Source: Octopus sinensis
Lineage: Eukaryota
Length of the DNA: 64,000 nt
Assembly: GCF_006345805.1 (NCBI RefSeq)
Contig: NC_043000.1
Location: 33,790,001-33,854,000, forward strand
Direction: 5' to 3'
Position numbers and translations under genes: made by a program. Positions within the stretch are counted from its first letter, which is position 1; each line of letters begins with the position of its first letter. Positions 1 to 10,830 of this stretch are shown in pieces. The notes below the pieces were generated by a model, which saw only the letters and a list, made by a program, of their open reading frames with translations, was not told where the DNA came from and searched no databases.

Positions 1-40
<40 letters not shown>

Positions 41-46
41 CGTATG
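1..46. repeat. (GT)n/(GTAT)n microsatellite
   Basis: Direct reading of tandem GT then GTAT units. Confidence 0.95.
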
Positions 47-418
47 TAGCTTATTTTTGAATGGTTTCCCACTATGTTTCGCCCAAATCTGTAAACCAAT
101 ACAATAGATCGTTGCTGCTCTATTTATAAACAATCCAACAGGTTGAGGATGGGAGGGCGAGGAAGGGTTGCGAGTGGAGAAATGAGAGAGAGAGAGAGAG
201 ACAGGAAGGGAGAGAGGGAAGAGGTAGTGAGTGAGGGAGGGAGTGCTGTACACTAAAACATGTAACAACTACATTTTTGTACCCTTTAGTATAATCCTTT
301 GTTCGTTTTGTCCAAATATAACTCACTTCTTCAGATCCTTACTCCACCATCCTTCAAGCGATCCGGTTCCGCTCCCACCCACGCATCTCTCAGTCTACAT
401 ATTTAGACATCGTGCTTA

Positions 419-461
419 CTAACTACTACTTCTACTACTACTACTTCTACTACTACTACTG

Positions 462-503
<42 letters not shown>

Positions 504-545
504 ACTACTACTACTACTACTACTACTACTACCACTACTGCTACT
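419..545. repeat. (CTA)n microsatellite
   Basis: Long interrupted CTA run; explains the poly-V/poly-S part of ORF 419..667. Confidence 0.95.
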
Positions 546-766
546 TGATATTGTTGAGCTGGTGGGCAGCACGTGATCTGCCGATCTGCCGCGATAGTGA
601 AAGTAGTCTTGGTCACCGGAAGTTCCCCGAGACGCTTCGGTCGGCGTTCTGTTAATTTCCTGCCCATCTAGTGACTAATGTCGTGTTCATTACGGCAAGA
701 GGCAAACGGCAGCAGCCGCCGACATGATAGCATTGCAGATCGCCAACACACGCACCTACATCGCAT

Positions 767-767
<1 letters not shown>

Positions 768-825
<58 letters not shown>

Positions 826-1173
826 AATATTATATATATATATATGTATATATACACGTACACGTACACTTCATATACAGAAACAACAACAACAACAACA
901 ATAATTGTAGCATCCATTAGTCTTATAGTACCATGGCCCTATACCTAGAAAGCCACATACATACATACATACATACATACATACATACATACATACATAC
1001 ACACACACATACATACACATACATATATACATACGTAGATACACACATACATACATATATATTATATAATATATATATATATGCATACATTCAAAACACA
1101 AATGCATACATACAAAGAATCGTATATACATGCATATATGCATGCAAGCACCTTTGTGTATGTATGTAATATT

Positions 1174-1249
<76 letters not shown>

Positions 1250-1318
1250 GATAGATATAGATATATAGATAGATAGATAGAAAAAAGAAAAGGGAGAGAT
1301 GAGAGACAGCGTGTGTGC

Positions 1319-1360
<42 letters not shown>

Positions 1361-1400
1361 GTGAGTGTAAGTGTATGTATGTCAGTATGAAGAAATATGC
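768..1400. repeat. Compound microsatellite cluster (AT, AAC, CATA, GATA, GT)
   Basis: Direct reading; source of the YIYI/HTHT ORFs. Confidence 0.9.
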
Positions 1401-1721
1401 TTTTCAATCCTAAAATAATTAAGGATACCTGAATGAACACACATCATACGCACGTGGATTTGTAAATACATAAATATTTTATGTATGTTTATATACGCTT
1501 TTCTATAAACGAATATGAATGCATATATGTGTGTGTGTGTGTGTATGGACATGTATGCACATAAATAATATCCTGGTGGCCCAAGGGTAGGTTTACAGTT
1601 ATCACGTAGGTACTTTAAATTTCTTTTAAAACATTTTATTACATTTAAATTTCTATCTTACAATTAACTAACTTAGCACAGAATAATGGTTTCATTTTTT
1701 TTTATTATCAAACTGTTAATA

Positions 1722-2092
1722 TATGGCCCAGTGGTTAGGGCAGCGGACTCGCGGTCATAGGATCGCGGTTTCGATTCCCAGACCGGGCGTTGTGAGTGTT
1801 TATTGAGCGAAAACACCTAAAGCTCCACGAGCTCCGGCAGGGGATGGTGGTGATCCCAGCTGTACTCTTCCACCACAACTTTCTCTCACTCTTACTTCCT
1901 GTTTCTGTTGTACCTGTATTTCAAAGGGCCGGCCCTGTCACTCTCTGTGTCACGCTGAATATCCCCGAGAACTACGTTAAGGGTGCACGTGTCTGTGGAG
2001 TGCTCAGCCACTTGCACGTTAATTTCACGAGCAGGCTGTTCCGTTGATTCGGATCAACCGGAACCCTCGTCGTCGTAACCGACGGAGTGCTT
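1722..2092 (+). mobile_element. tRNA-derived SINE, family A (central domain possibly Deu/Nin-like)
   Basis: A-box TGGCCCAGTGG (1724), B-box GGTTTCGATTCC (1767); a second near-identical copy lies on the minus strand at 9008-9373. The domain assignment is from memory only. Confidence 0.85.
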
Positions 2093-2690
2093 CCATCCCA
2101 TCCAATATATGAATGCGAAAGGGATATTTGAATAACTGTAAACCTACTTTTGGGCTACACTATATATAAGGAGAGAAAAAAAAAGGCGCGAGATACAGAG
2201 AGAGATATGAAGTCATATATGTGTGTGTGGGGGTGTATAATGATGACCTTGTCCCTATGTCAGAAGCCACCGGCAGTTTGTGTTTCATAAAGTCAAATAA
2301 GTCAGTAGTTAGCGTGTCATACGCAGTTCTGAAACATTATTCCTTCTGACAGCAAGTCACCATTCGTCTATGTCTCGTTATGGCTGTTGTTTAGACTCAA
2401 CGAACAAACCTGGCATTCAAGGGCATTCCAGCTGTGACAATTCTATTTATTTCGTCTTTTACATAATGCATCTTGGGTAAAATATTCGAAAGTGTTCTTT
2501 TGTAAGGATCATAGGGTACCATTTGAGTTGGAATCGACTGCTGTTTCTAGCAGGTTAAGCTCCTTCTTGGCTATTGTTGTTGATATTGCCATAGTTGCAG
2601 AGAAGGGCTATGCTCATATTGTTGTTCTTGTCCGCATGAGTTCCCGTAAATGTTGTACAATTGATCAGTTGTGAAATGAACAATTGACAT

Positions 2691-2824
2691 GCCGGGTTTT
2701 ATGGGTGTAGGTACAGTCCGCGTCAAGATACTGTGATATCCTCAAACCAAACTCTAGCCGGGTTTTATGGGGTAGGTACAGTCCGCGTCAAGATACTGTA
2801 ATATCCACAAACCAAACTCTAGCC
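2691..2824. repeat. Tandem duplication of a 65-66 bp unit
   Basis: GCCGGGTTTTATGG...CCAAACTCTA at 2691-2756 and 2757-2821, then GCC. Confidence 0.9.
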
Positions 2825-2927
2825 AAAGTCATTTGGACGTCTAGGCCTCCACTAAAAACATTCTATGATTCTACGGCTGCGGTGTTATGCGCTGTGATTG
2901 ATCTGCCTCTTCGAAAACCATTTAACG

Positions 2928-3181
2928 CAGTGGTACTCAACTATTTTTTACCTATAGATCCCTTAGGTAATATTCTACTTTACTGGACCCAAATCGTTCG
3001 ATGTTTACATAAAATCCTATAACATTTTTATCATTGAATATTATCAAGAATTGCATAAAAATATTGTTGAAATATTTTTTGTATTGTAAAAGTATAACAT
3101 ATTTTATTGCACTTAAATTTTGACCAGAAAACCTCATACGGGTACCCAAGGGTTCATATGGAGTCCAGCTGAGAAACACTG
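2928..3181. mobile_element. hAT (Charlie-like) MITE
   Basis: TIRs CAGTGGTACTCAACT / AGCTGAGAAACACTG; flanking 8-mers ATTTAACG / ATTGAATG (6/8 match, decayed TSD); related copy at 16535. Confidence 0.75.
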
Positions 3182-4137
3182 ATTGAATGTCAACAGAACT
3201 TCAGAGGTAGGCGTACTCGACACAAAGCTCTCTTTTCTCAGCTTCGTCCCTTTTTCAATAGAAACGGTTGCAGTTTTTAGAGGGGTTACCTTTGTTGCCG
3301 TTTATATGAAAACAAAAAATCCTTCTGTGATATACCTCCGACTGTCGATTGCTAGCTTTTGAGGCAATCGGAATTGTAAATATAAAGGAATAAAAGGAAA
3401 AAAAAAACTAATAAAGCTGGGAGACAGTAGGAGATAAAGACACAATGAGAGAGAGAGAGAGAAGGAGAGAAAGAAATAGAAAAACAAAGGAAGGAGAGAA
3501 AGAGGAAGAGAATGTGAGCCGATGAGGGCTTTACTAAGGAGGAACGTGCTTGTCAGGCCTTTCAGCATCGTCCATTACACAATCCGTTTCGCCATTGCTA
3601 CGGGACAGCGGAACACCGTCTACTCCGCCTTGTTAAAGATGGGTGGTGGGGCGACCTTCACGATGGAGTCGGAGAATAACCAGCTTTGTCCTACTCGCGA
3701 CAACAGCTGTCCGACATAACTCCACGTATCAGCCATACTCAGACATTACACGAGTTTGCGCAGTACGGTTTTGGTGCTCTGCATACGCCTTGGACATCTC
3801 TAAATGGCTGAACTTCGATGTTTGTAGAGTTTATCCCGAACCGAGAGTGTTTCTTTTGGCTAAATATCAACAATTTGGAACTGAACAGCAGAAGGGAAGA
3901 AATTATGAGGATGTGTACAATGGGTGTAACTGAGCCCAGAACACGACAGGTACTTCTGGGTTTCGATCCCGGAAGGAAGAAAATAATACAAAACTAACCT
4001 CGCTGAGATTTGAACTGAAACGTCGAGACTTAACGCTTAATAAAACAAGTTCTCTCGTTTCTGCATTCTGCTGTTGGTGTCGCCACATGTAAACATGTAG
4101 CTGCTGCTGTTGTTGTTGACGGTGATGGTGATGGCGA

Positions 4138-4140
<3 letters not shown>

Positions 4141-4169
<29 letters not shown>

Positions 4170-4284
4170 TCAGGAACTATTCTTAACATTCTTGTTCCCA
4201 TTAGTGATACTGGCTACAAAAAGTTGTGGTAGTAAGAGTGATATATATTATATATATAAGTATATATATATGTGTGTGTATATA

Positions 4285-4365
<81 letters not shown>

Positions 4366-4376
4366 GCGGGGAGTGG

Positions 4377-4422
<46 letters not shown>

Positions 4423-4445
4423 CTCTCTCTCTCACACACATAAAA
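4141..4445. repeat. Compound microsatellite cluster (CTA, TA, GT, CA, CT)
   Basis: Direct reading. Confidence 0.9.
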
Positions 4446-5125
4446 CACACACACAATGAAAGCAATATTTTTTCACCTCTGACTCAGACTTTTGGCTAAT
4501 TTTGGGATTATTGTTGTGCAGTTGCTTTTGTTGTAATTGTTCTTACTTCTGTTATTGTTGTTGTTGTTGTTGTACTGTTGCTTTAGTTGTCATTGTTAAC
4601 GTCTGATTCTTTTTTGCCTTGTTGCTATTTTGAATGTGATAACGGTTTCTGTTGGTGATGTTGATGTTGTAATTGTTATATAAATTATTATTGTTGTCAC
4701 TGTTACTATGGTAATGCTGTTGTTGTTTTGATATGATGTTTAATTAAACTCCTGCTATTGTTGTTGTTGTTGATCTTTCCATAATCAACACGTGTGACCC
4801 GGATATAACAAATATCAAACCACCGGGTTCTAAACTTGGTTGGAGCCAATGAGAGAGCAGTGACTTAATGCTACTCAGTCTGCTAGACATACTAACCAAA
4901 TCTTCTCTATATTCCACCTTACTCTCTGAAAAATGAAGTCCACGTTAGACAGTTTGTATTTGCTGTGGGAGATGGAAATTGTAACATTTCGGAAAAAATA
5001 CTTTTGTTCGGAGAAAAATAAAGCTGAATACAAATGTCTGAAGAATACACACACACACACACACATTATATATATATATATATAGTGTAGGTATCGCATC
5101 CTAACCGATGCATTTATCTATATTC

Positions 5126-5178
5126 GCATTCTGAAGAGATATTTACTTAAACCAGTAAATCGAAACGATCGTAAATAC
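5126..5178 (+). ncRNA. Minimal type I hammerhead ribozyme motif, canonical core
   Basis: GCATT-CTGAAGA-G(AT)ATTTACT/AGTAAATC-GAAA-C GATC GTA-AATAC: stem I ATT/AAT (+G-C), 8-bp stem II, palindromic ACGATCGT, GUA cleavage triplet. Confidence 0.75.
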
Positions 5179-5239
5179 TACCTCCATCTCTGCTTCTTCC
5201 TTCTTTGTTATCTATTTAATTGAAGACATATTATTGAAA

Positions 5240-5373
5240 ACCGTCTACCAAATCCACTCACAAGGCTTTGGTCGGCCCGAGGCTATAGTAGAAGACACTT
5301 GCCCAAGGTGCTACGAAGTGGGACTGAACCCGAAACTATGCGGTTGGTAAACAAGCTACTTACCACACAGCCA
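5240..5373 (-). mobile_element. tRNA/CORE-like SINE, family B, 5' part
   Basis: Reverse complement of GGCTGTGTGGTAAG...CTTGGGCAAGTGTCTTCTACTATAGCC...GTGAGTGGATTTGGTAGACGG, shared with 6508-6892. Confidence 0.85.
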
Positions 5374-5380
5374 CTCCTGA

Positions 5381-5416
<36 letters not shown>

Positions 5417-5544
5417 TGTGTGTGTGTGTGTGTGTATGGTGTGTGTGTGTGGTGCGTGTGTGTATCTGTGTGTGTATATATATATGTGTGCATGTGTATA
5501 TATATGTATATATGCGTATGTATATATATATATGTATACATATA

Positions 5545-5621
<77 letters not shown>

Positions 5622-5622
<1 letters not shown>

Positions 5623-6088
5623 AGTAATGTTTATATGCCAACAGAATGTGGCAGAACTATAAAAGACGATATTACTGTTGTTTTAGTCCCAGGAGAACAC
5701 CTTTTTCAGCTGACAGCTTGCGTCCGTATAGCATTTGCGAGGGAGGTCATCGCTCCCATCTCTAGCCTTACGTGATACTCACAGACCTAAGTTTCAGAAT
5801 GTTATCCGTCCTCAGTGTGAGACAGCCACAAGCTAGTGACGAAATCTCTCTCCACTTACAAATACTATATCTTTTTTAAGCGACACACAGGCGCTGATCT
5901 TGTATAGAGAAAAACAAATTGTTTTAAATCTCTGAGCGAGAGAAATAACCATCTGGAAAAGATGTTTTCCTGGGGCTAAAAGAACAGTTACATCGTACTT
6001 TATAGGACTGTCACATTCTGTTGTCACATAAACATTACTATTCGGTTTTGTTACTGTATTTCTCTCGCTCAGATATTTAAGACAAATT
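5622..6088. mobile_element. Inverted-repeat element enclosing a hammerhead (Penelope pLTR-like arrangement)
   Basis: 5622-5712 is an inverted copy of 5948-6040; 5916-5947 is an inverted copy of 6057-6088; HHR at 5778-5821 lies between; flanked by (TA)n. Confidence 0.6.
5778..5821 (-). ncRNA. Minimal type I hammerhead ribozyme motif
   Basis: Minus strand CTCACA-CTGAGGA-C-GGA taacat TCT-GAAA-C TTAG GTC-TGTGAG: perfect 6-bp stem I, GUC triplet, near-palindromic stem III (ACTTAGGT). Confidence 0.75.
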
Positions 6089-6113
6089 ATATATATATAT
6101 AAAATATATATAA

Positions 6114-6476
6114 GGCGGTTGGATGGAACCTACACTCGCCTCCTTATGGGAGCTCAAAATCTCTCGTGGAAGCGCCATCCAACCAAAATGCAACTATATG
6201 GGAAACTACCACCTGTGTCATCTCTTGTGAAAGGTAGGAGAGTCCAGTTTGCTGGACATTGTTGTAGAGCTGAAAAAGAAGTAATTTCTACTCTTCTCCT
6301 CTAGAAGCCATCTACTCGCAATACCAGAGGGCGCACACTCTTCTACCCTGATGTAATCTCCAGGGATACAGGCATCCAGCAACAGGACCTCCGTAATGCT
6401 ATGATGGACCGTGAAGTCTGGCGTAACATAGTAAATTCCATTGTCTCGACCACGGTCGAACAATGATGATGATGAT
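6114..6476 (+). mobile_element. RTE-X-like LINE 3' fragment
   Basis: Translates LDGTYTRLL..NLSWKRHPTK..LYGKLPPVS..RRVQFAGHC.R...MDREVWR, the C-terminal pattern of RTE/RTE-X ORFs; one in-frame stop; (TGA)n tail. Confidence 0.8.
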
Positions 6477-6507
6477 AATATATAATATATAATTAAATAT
6501 AATATAA

Positions 6508-6892
6508 GTGGCTGTGTGGTAAGTAGCTTGCTAACCAACCACATGGTTCCGGGTTCAGTCCCACTGCGTGGCATCTTGGGCAAGCGCCTTCTGCTATAGC
6601 CCCGGGCCGACCAATGCCTTGTGAGTGGATTTGGTTGACGGAAACTGAAAGAAGCCTGTCGTATATATGTATATATGTACGTGTGTGTGTTTGTGTGTTT
6701 GTGTTTGTCCCCTTAGCATTGCTTGACAACCGATGCTGGTGTGTTTACGTCCCCGTCACTTAGCGGTTCGGCAAAAGAGACCGATAGAATAAGTACAGGG
6801 TTTACAAAGAATAAGTCCCGCGGTCGATTCACTCGACTAAAGGCGGTGCTCCAGCATGGCCGCAGTCAAATGACTGAAACAAGTAAAAGAGA
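6508..6892 (+). mobile_element. tRNA/CORE-like SINE, family B, full length
   Basis: Pol III-like head, CTTGGGCAAG CORE-like block, internal GT/TA tract, 3' end GCATGGCCGCAGTCAAATGACTGAAACAAGTAAAAGA; multiple copies in the window. Confidence 0.85.
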
Positions 6893-6948
6893 AAAATAGA
6901 TAATATAATATAATATAATATTATATTATATTATATTATATTATATTA

Positions 6949-7002
<54 letters not shown>

Positions 7003-7074
7003 ATATATATATATATTTGTAAAAAATAAGTTTGAAAACGCCACTATATTAGATAAATTTTAATTTTCTTATGA

Positions 7075-7119
7075 ATTTTACGTGTTTCGGTTCTTGAAAA
7101 AACGAACCTTATCAAAAAT
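7075..7119 (-). ncRNA. Type I hammerhead motif with U3-A8 covariant core (left arm)
   Basis: Minus strand ATTT-TTGATAA-GGTTC/GAACC-GAAA-C AC GTA-AAAT. Confidence 0.65.
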
Positions 7120-7494
7120 ATTAAAAAAGTGCAATGGAAAAGTTCATATCGTTCTTACTGGTCTCAATAGAATCCATGTTCTTGAAAAAACGAACCTTAT
7201 CAAATATATTATAAAAAGTGCCATAGAAAAGTTCATAATCGTTTCTTACTGTTCTCAATAGAATCCATGTGGTGGTGTTTTGTCGGTAGTTGGTATAATC
7301 GCTATATTACTGTTGAGTATAGTGAAGAAGTCCATTATTGTTTCTTGCTGGTATCAAAAGGAACCGCTTTTTTGTTACCTTGTGTTCGAATGGTAGCAAC
7401 AGTAGTGATTGTTGGTCGTAGTAGTAGTAACCTGTGGATTCTATTGAGAACAGTAAGAAACGATTATGAACTTTTCTATTGCACTTTTTATAAT

Positions 7495-7539
7495 ATTTTT
7501 GATAAGGTTCGTTTTTTCAAGAACCGAAACACGTAAAAT
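7495..7539 (+). ncRNA. Type I hammerhead motif with U3-A8 covariant core (right arm)
   Basis: ATTT-TTGATAA-GGTTC gttttttcaa GAACC-GAAA-C AC GTA-AAAT: 4-bp stem I, perfect 5-bp stem II with G10.1-C11.1, GUA triplet. Confidence 0.65.
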
Positions 7540-7630
7540 TCATAAGAAAATTAAAATTTATCTAATATAGTGGCGTTTTCAAACTTCTTTTTTACAAATA
7601 TATACCCACTCGTATACGATCTACTCTTAT

Positions 7631-7678
<48 letters not shown>

Positions 7679-7708
7679 ATAATATATATATATCTATATA
7701 TATATATA

Positions 7709-7822
7709 TTGGCCTGCTCACTAGCCAGCGGGGTGGCGTCATTTGAAGGCTAAAACAATGTGAAGCCCATTGTGACCAGCGATTGTTAGCATCATCTGAA
7801 GCCTGGTCGGTCACGGTGATCA
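7709..7822 (+). mobile_element. Probable SINE 3' half fragment between (TA)n tracts
   Basis: GC-rich 110-bp island in TA microsatellite; single copy in the window, so the family is not confirmed here. Confidence 0.35.
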
Positions 7823-8687
7823 TGGTGATTATATATATATATATATATATGAAAAAATGTCTTGTAAATACACCACCGATAAGTATGAAACGATTAATGT
7901 ATATTGATTGATTAAACAGACGACGGACAGACACTGAAGGTCCCTAATTTTTCATCAGTTATCAACCAGATGGTATTACTCAGTTTCGTATATATACATG
8001 AGCCCTTAAACATCTCCAGCATTAGCGGATGAAGGACATTTCGTAATAACGGAACCCTTAGATATAAAAGATTCATAGAAAATAACCTCTCGTCAGCTGC
8101 CTAACAGTTATTCATATGGTTTCAACACCTTGCCTCTAACATCTAATTCGATGGTGTCAACAGCGTTAGAAACATAAACGCTGCCTGGGAATCAATAGGC
8201 AAGTAGCAGGAGCGAAATATTAGTGTTTTGCCCATAACGCCCAATACTTGCTTATTATTATGATAACACCGTCGAATATAATCAAAATCATATTAATTTA
8301 TAGTAATAAAACTAGAAATTAAAAAGTAGTATCTGTTAAACTCTCAGCAAAAGGTGTTGATATCTCAAAGTTATGAAATAGATTTTAGTGAACTAAATGT
8401 ATTGAGCAAAATTAACTGAACCATTAATACGTAACATAGAAAATAATAACAGCTTAAGGAAATGCAAACCTAGAACTTCAAAGACATTGATTAATTAACG
8501 CTTAATTAACTAATGGCTGAGCTGTTTCGCATTCTATAACACTTTCCTTACATGGAAACAGGCCAAACGACGAACCGGGTGTAAACTAACAGAACAATAT
8601 TCCTTTTAACCAGCGTCCAGGAACCACGTGCAAAGGGAAAGATCAATATATATTCTATATATCTAGTTGTACCAGCGAAGTACTAGG

Positions 8688-8853
8688 GCCGATGTAATCG
8701 ATCTTAGTATTCAACTGGTACATATTTTTTCAACCACAAAAAGGATGAAAGACAAATTCGACTTCTGCGGAATTTGAACTCGGAACTTAAAGAGTGAAGA
8801 AATATGGCTAAGCATTTTGTCCAACGTGCTAACTATTCCGTCAGCTCAGCGCC
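8688..8853 (-). mobile_element. Meta-like SINE, family C, diverged
   Basis: Reverse complement matches GTTCAAATTCCGC..AGTCGA.TTTG.CTTTCATCCTTT of the copies at 15437, 33605 and 58606. Confidence 0.7.
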
Positions 8854-9007
8854 TTAAATATATGTCTAATAATAGAAAATAAATTAATCGAATCAATTCG
8901 CTAATCAAAAGATAAAAGTTAGAAGCTAAAAAATCAATAAATAAAACATATAAAATATAAAACAGTGTAGATGTGTGAAAAATTTGCAAATTATAACCAA
9001 TTAGTGA

Positions 9008-9373
9008 CACTCCGTCGGATTCGACGACGAGGGATCCAGTTGATCCAATCAACGGAATAGCCTGCTCGTGAAATTAACGTGCAAGTGGCTGAGCACTCCA
9101 CAGACATGTGTACCCTTAACGTAGTTCTCGGGGAGATTCAGCGTGACACAGAGTGTGACAAGACTGGCCCTTTGAAATACAGGCACAAGAGAAACAGGAA
9201 GAAAAAGTGAGAGAAAGTTGTGGTGAAAGAGTACAGCAGGGTTCCCCACCACCAGCCTGCCGGAACGTCGTGGAGCTTTAGGCGTTTTCACTTAATAAAC
9301 ACTCACGACACCCGGTCTGGGAATCGAAACCGCAATCCTACGACCGCGAGTCCGCTGTGCTAACTACTGGGCC
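9008..9373 (-). mobile_element. tRNA-derived SINE, family A
   Basis: Reverse complement aligns along its length with 1722-2092. Confidence 0.85.
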
Positions 9374-9764
9374 TCCACTATAACCAATTACTAACAAGTT
9401 GTAAGGGTTATGATGTTTCACACAAGTGAATTTATGTTGAAAAAAATAAAAATAAAAACTTCTTTAAGAACTTTATCGTCAAAAACAGTAAGAAGTTATT
9501 TAATATTTTTTCTGAATAAACAGTTACCGGTTTCAATCGCTTTAAAAGCGATTGAAAAGGAAACGTGAAAATATATTGAAATAAATTAATCTTTCACATA
9601 TTTTTCTCACAAAAAATTGACATGATGATGGTATTTCGTTTCCTTCTTATTGTTGCTGGGCTGTACCACATGTGTAAATAAACATGTATCCCTCCCTGCA
9701 TAATTACTTGCCCGATCGACCTACATCATACCTAAGTATCGATCACATATCTCTACCCACCAAA

Positions 9765-9810
9765 GTACAGTCTGATGAAGGCGAAGAAGCCGGAACTTCG
9801 TCCTAACTAC
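9765..9810 (+). ncRNA. Degenerate hammerhead-like motif
   Basis: CTGATGA-A-GGC gaagaa GCC-GGAA-C TTC GTC; A13 replaced by G and stem I broken. Confidence 0.4.
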
Positions 9811-9900
9811 AAACCTTTTCCTTGCAAAATTTAATCATATTTCTTTTACTAAAATGCATTGGAGTCATTCTTCAGTTTAGATATTAAATTTCTTTTATAG

Positions 9901-10082
9901 GCGGCGCTGGCGTGGCTGTGTGGTAAAAATGCTTACTTCTCAACCACATGGTTCCGTGTTCAGCCCCACTGCACAGTATCTTGAACAAGTGTCTCCTACT
10001 ATAACATTGAGCCGACCAAAGCCATGTGAGTGAATTTGGCCGATGGAAACTGAAAGAAGGCCGTTGTATATATATTATAATA

Positions 10083-10125
<43 letters not shown>

Positions 10126-10376
10126 ATTTAAAAAAAGGAGATGTCGAACACGAGTGGTGATATATAAAAAAGGAATGAAGAAAATGCTGACAAATAATTG
10201 AAGTAATTTAAGTAATTTAATTAGGTGAAAGTTCTTTTTACCGGTTGCGCATTTGTTATGCTTATCAAATATGATATATTTTGATAAGCATAACAAATGC
10301 GCAACGGTAAAAAGAACTTTCACCTAATTAAATTACTTAAATTACTTCAATTATTTGTCAGCATTTTCTTCATTTC

Positions 10377-10425
<49 letters not shown>

Positions 10426-10668
10426 CGTATCTCTATGATCTGTATGTGTGTTTGTCTTTGTGTTAGTGTTTGTCCCCACCACCGTTTGACAACCGGCATA
10501 GGTGTGTTTACGTCCCCGGAACTTAGCGGTTTGGCCAAAGAGACCGACAGAATGAGTGCCAAATTTAAAGAATATAAGAACTGGGAGCGATTCATTCGAT
10601 TTAAAAAAATTATTCAATGGTGGTACCCCAGCATGGCCGCAGTCTAATGACAGAAATAAGGAAAAGAA
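9901..10668 (+). mobile_element. Family B SINE split by an insertion in its internal (TA)n tract
   Basis: 5' half 9901-10068 and 3' half 10432-10668 match the halves of 6508-6892. Confidence 0.8.
10128..10385. mobile_element. Near-perfect 109-bp-arm palindrome with HHR-like motif in each arm
   Basis: Arms 10161-10269 and 10280-10385 with a 10-nt loop; each arm begins TTGATAA-GCAT aacaa ATGC-GCAA-C(C)G GTA; one-sided extension 10128-10160. Confidence 0.8.
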
Positions 10669-10797
10669 ACATAACTATAGAACTAGACATAGAAGCAAAG
10701 ATATGTATATACACAATATAGTTATGTGTGTGTGTGTGTGTGTATACAGTGAGAGAGAGAGGGAGAGAGAGAGACAGAGTGAGAGAGATGGAGAGAG

Positions 10798-10830
<33 letters not shown>

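Larger units (their letters stand above)
7011..7635. mobile_element. Divergent inverted pair of ~165-bp HHR-bearing units (foldback) with a one-sided 3' extension
   Basis: Left arm 7011-7177 (plus 88-90 bp duplication to 7267) is the reverse complement of right arm 7435-7603; unique spacer 7268-7434; extension 7604-7635; flanked by (TA)n/(CTAT)n. Confidence 0.8.

Noticed and set aside
419-667. ATG-initiated minus ORF MGRKLTERRPKR...
   Set aside because: No recognisable homology, runs into (TAG)n, no convincing donor site.
8030-8100. Minus-strand CTGACGA...GAAATGTC
   Set aside because: The long intervening sequence does not form stem II; stem I is imperfect.
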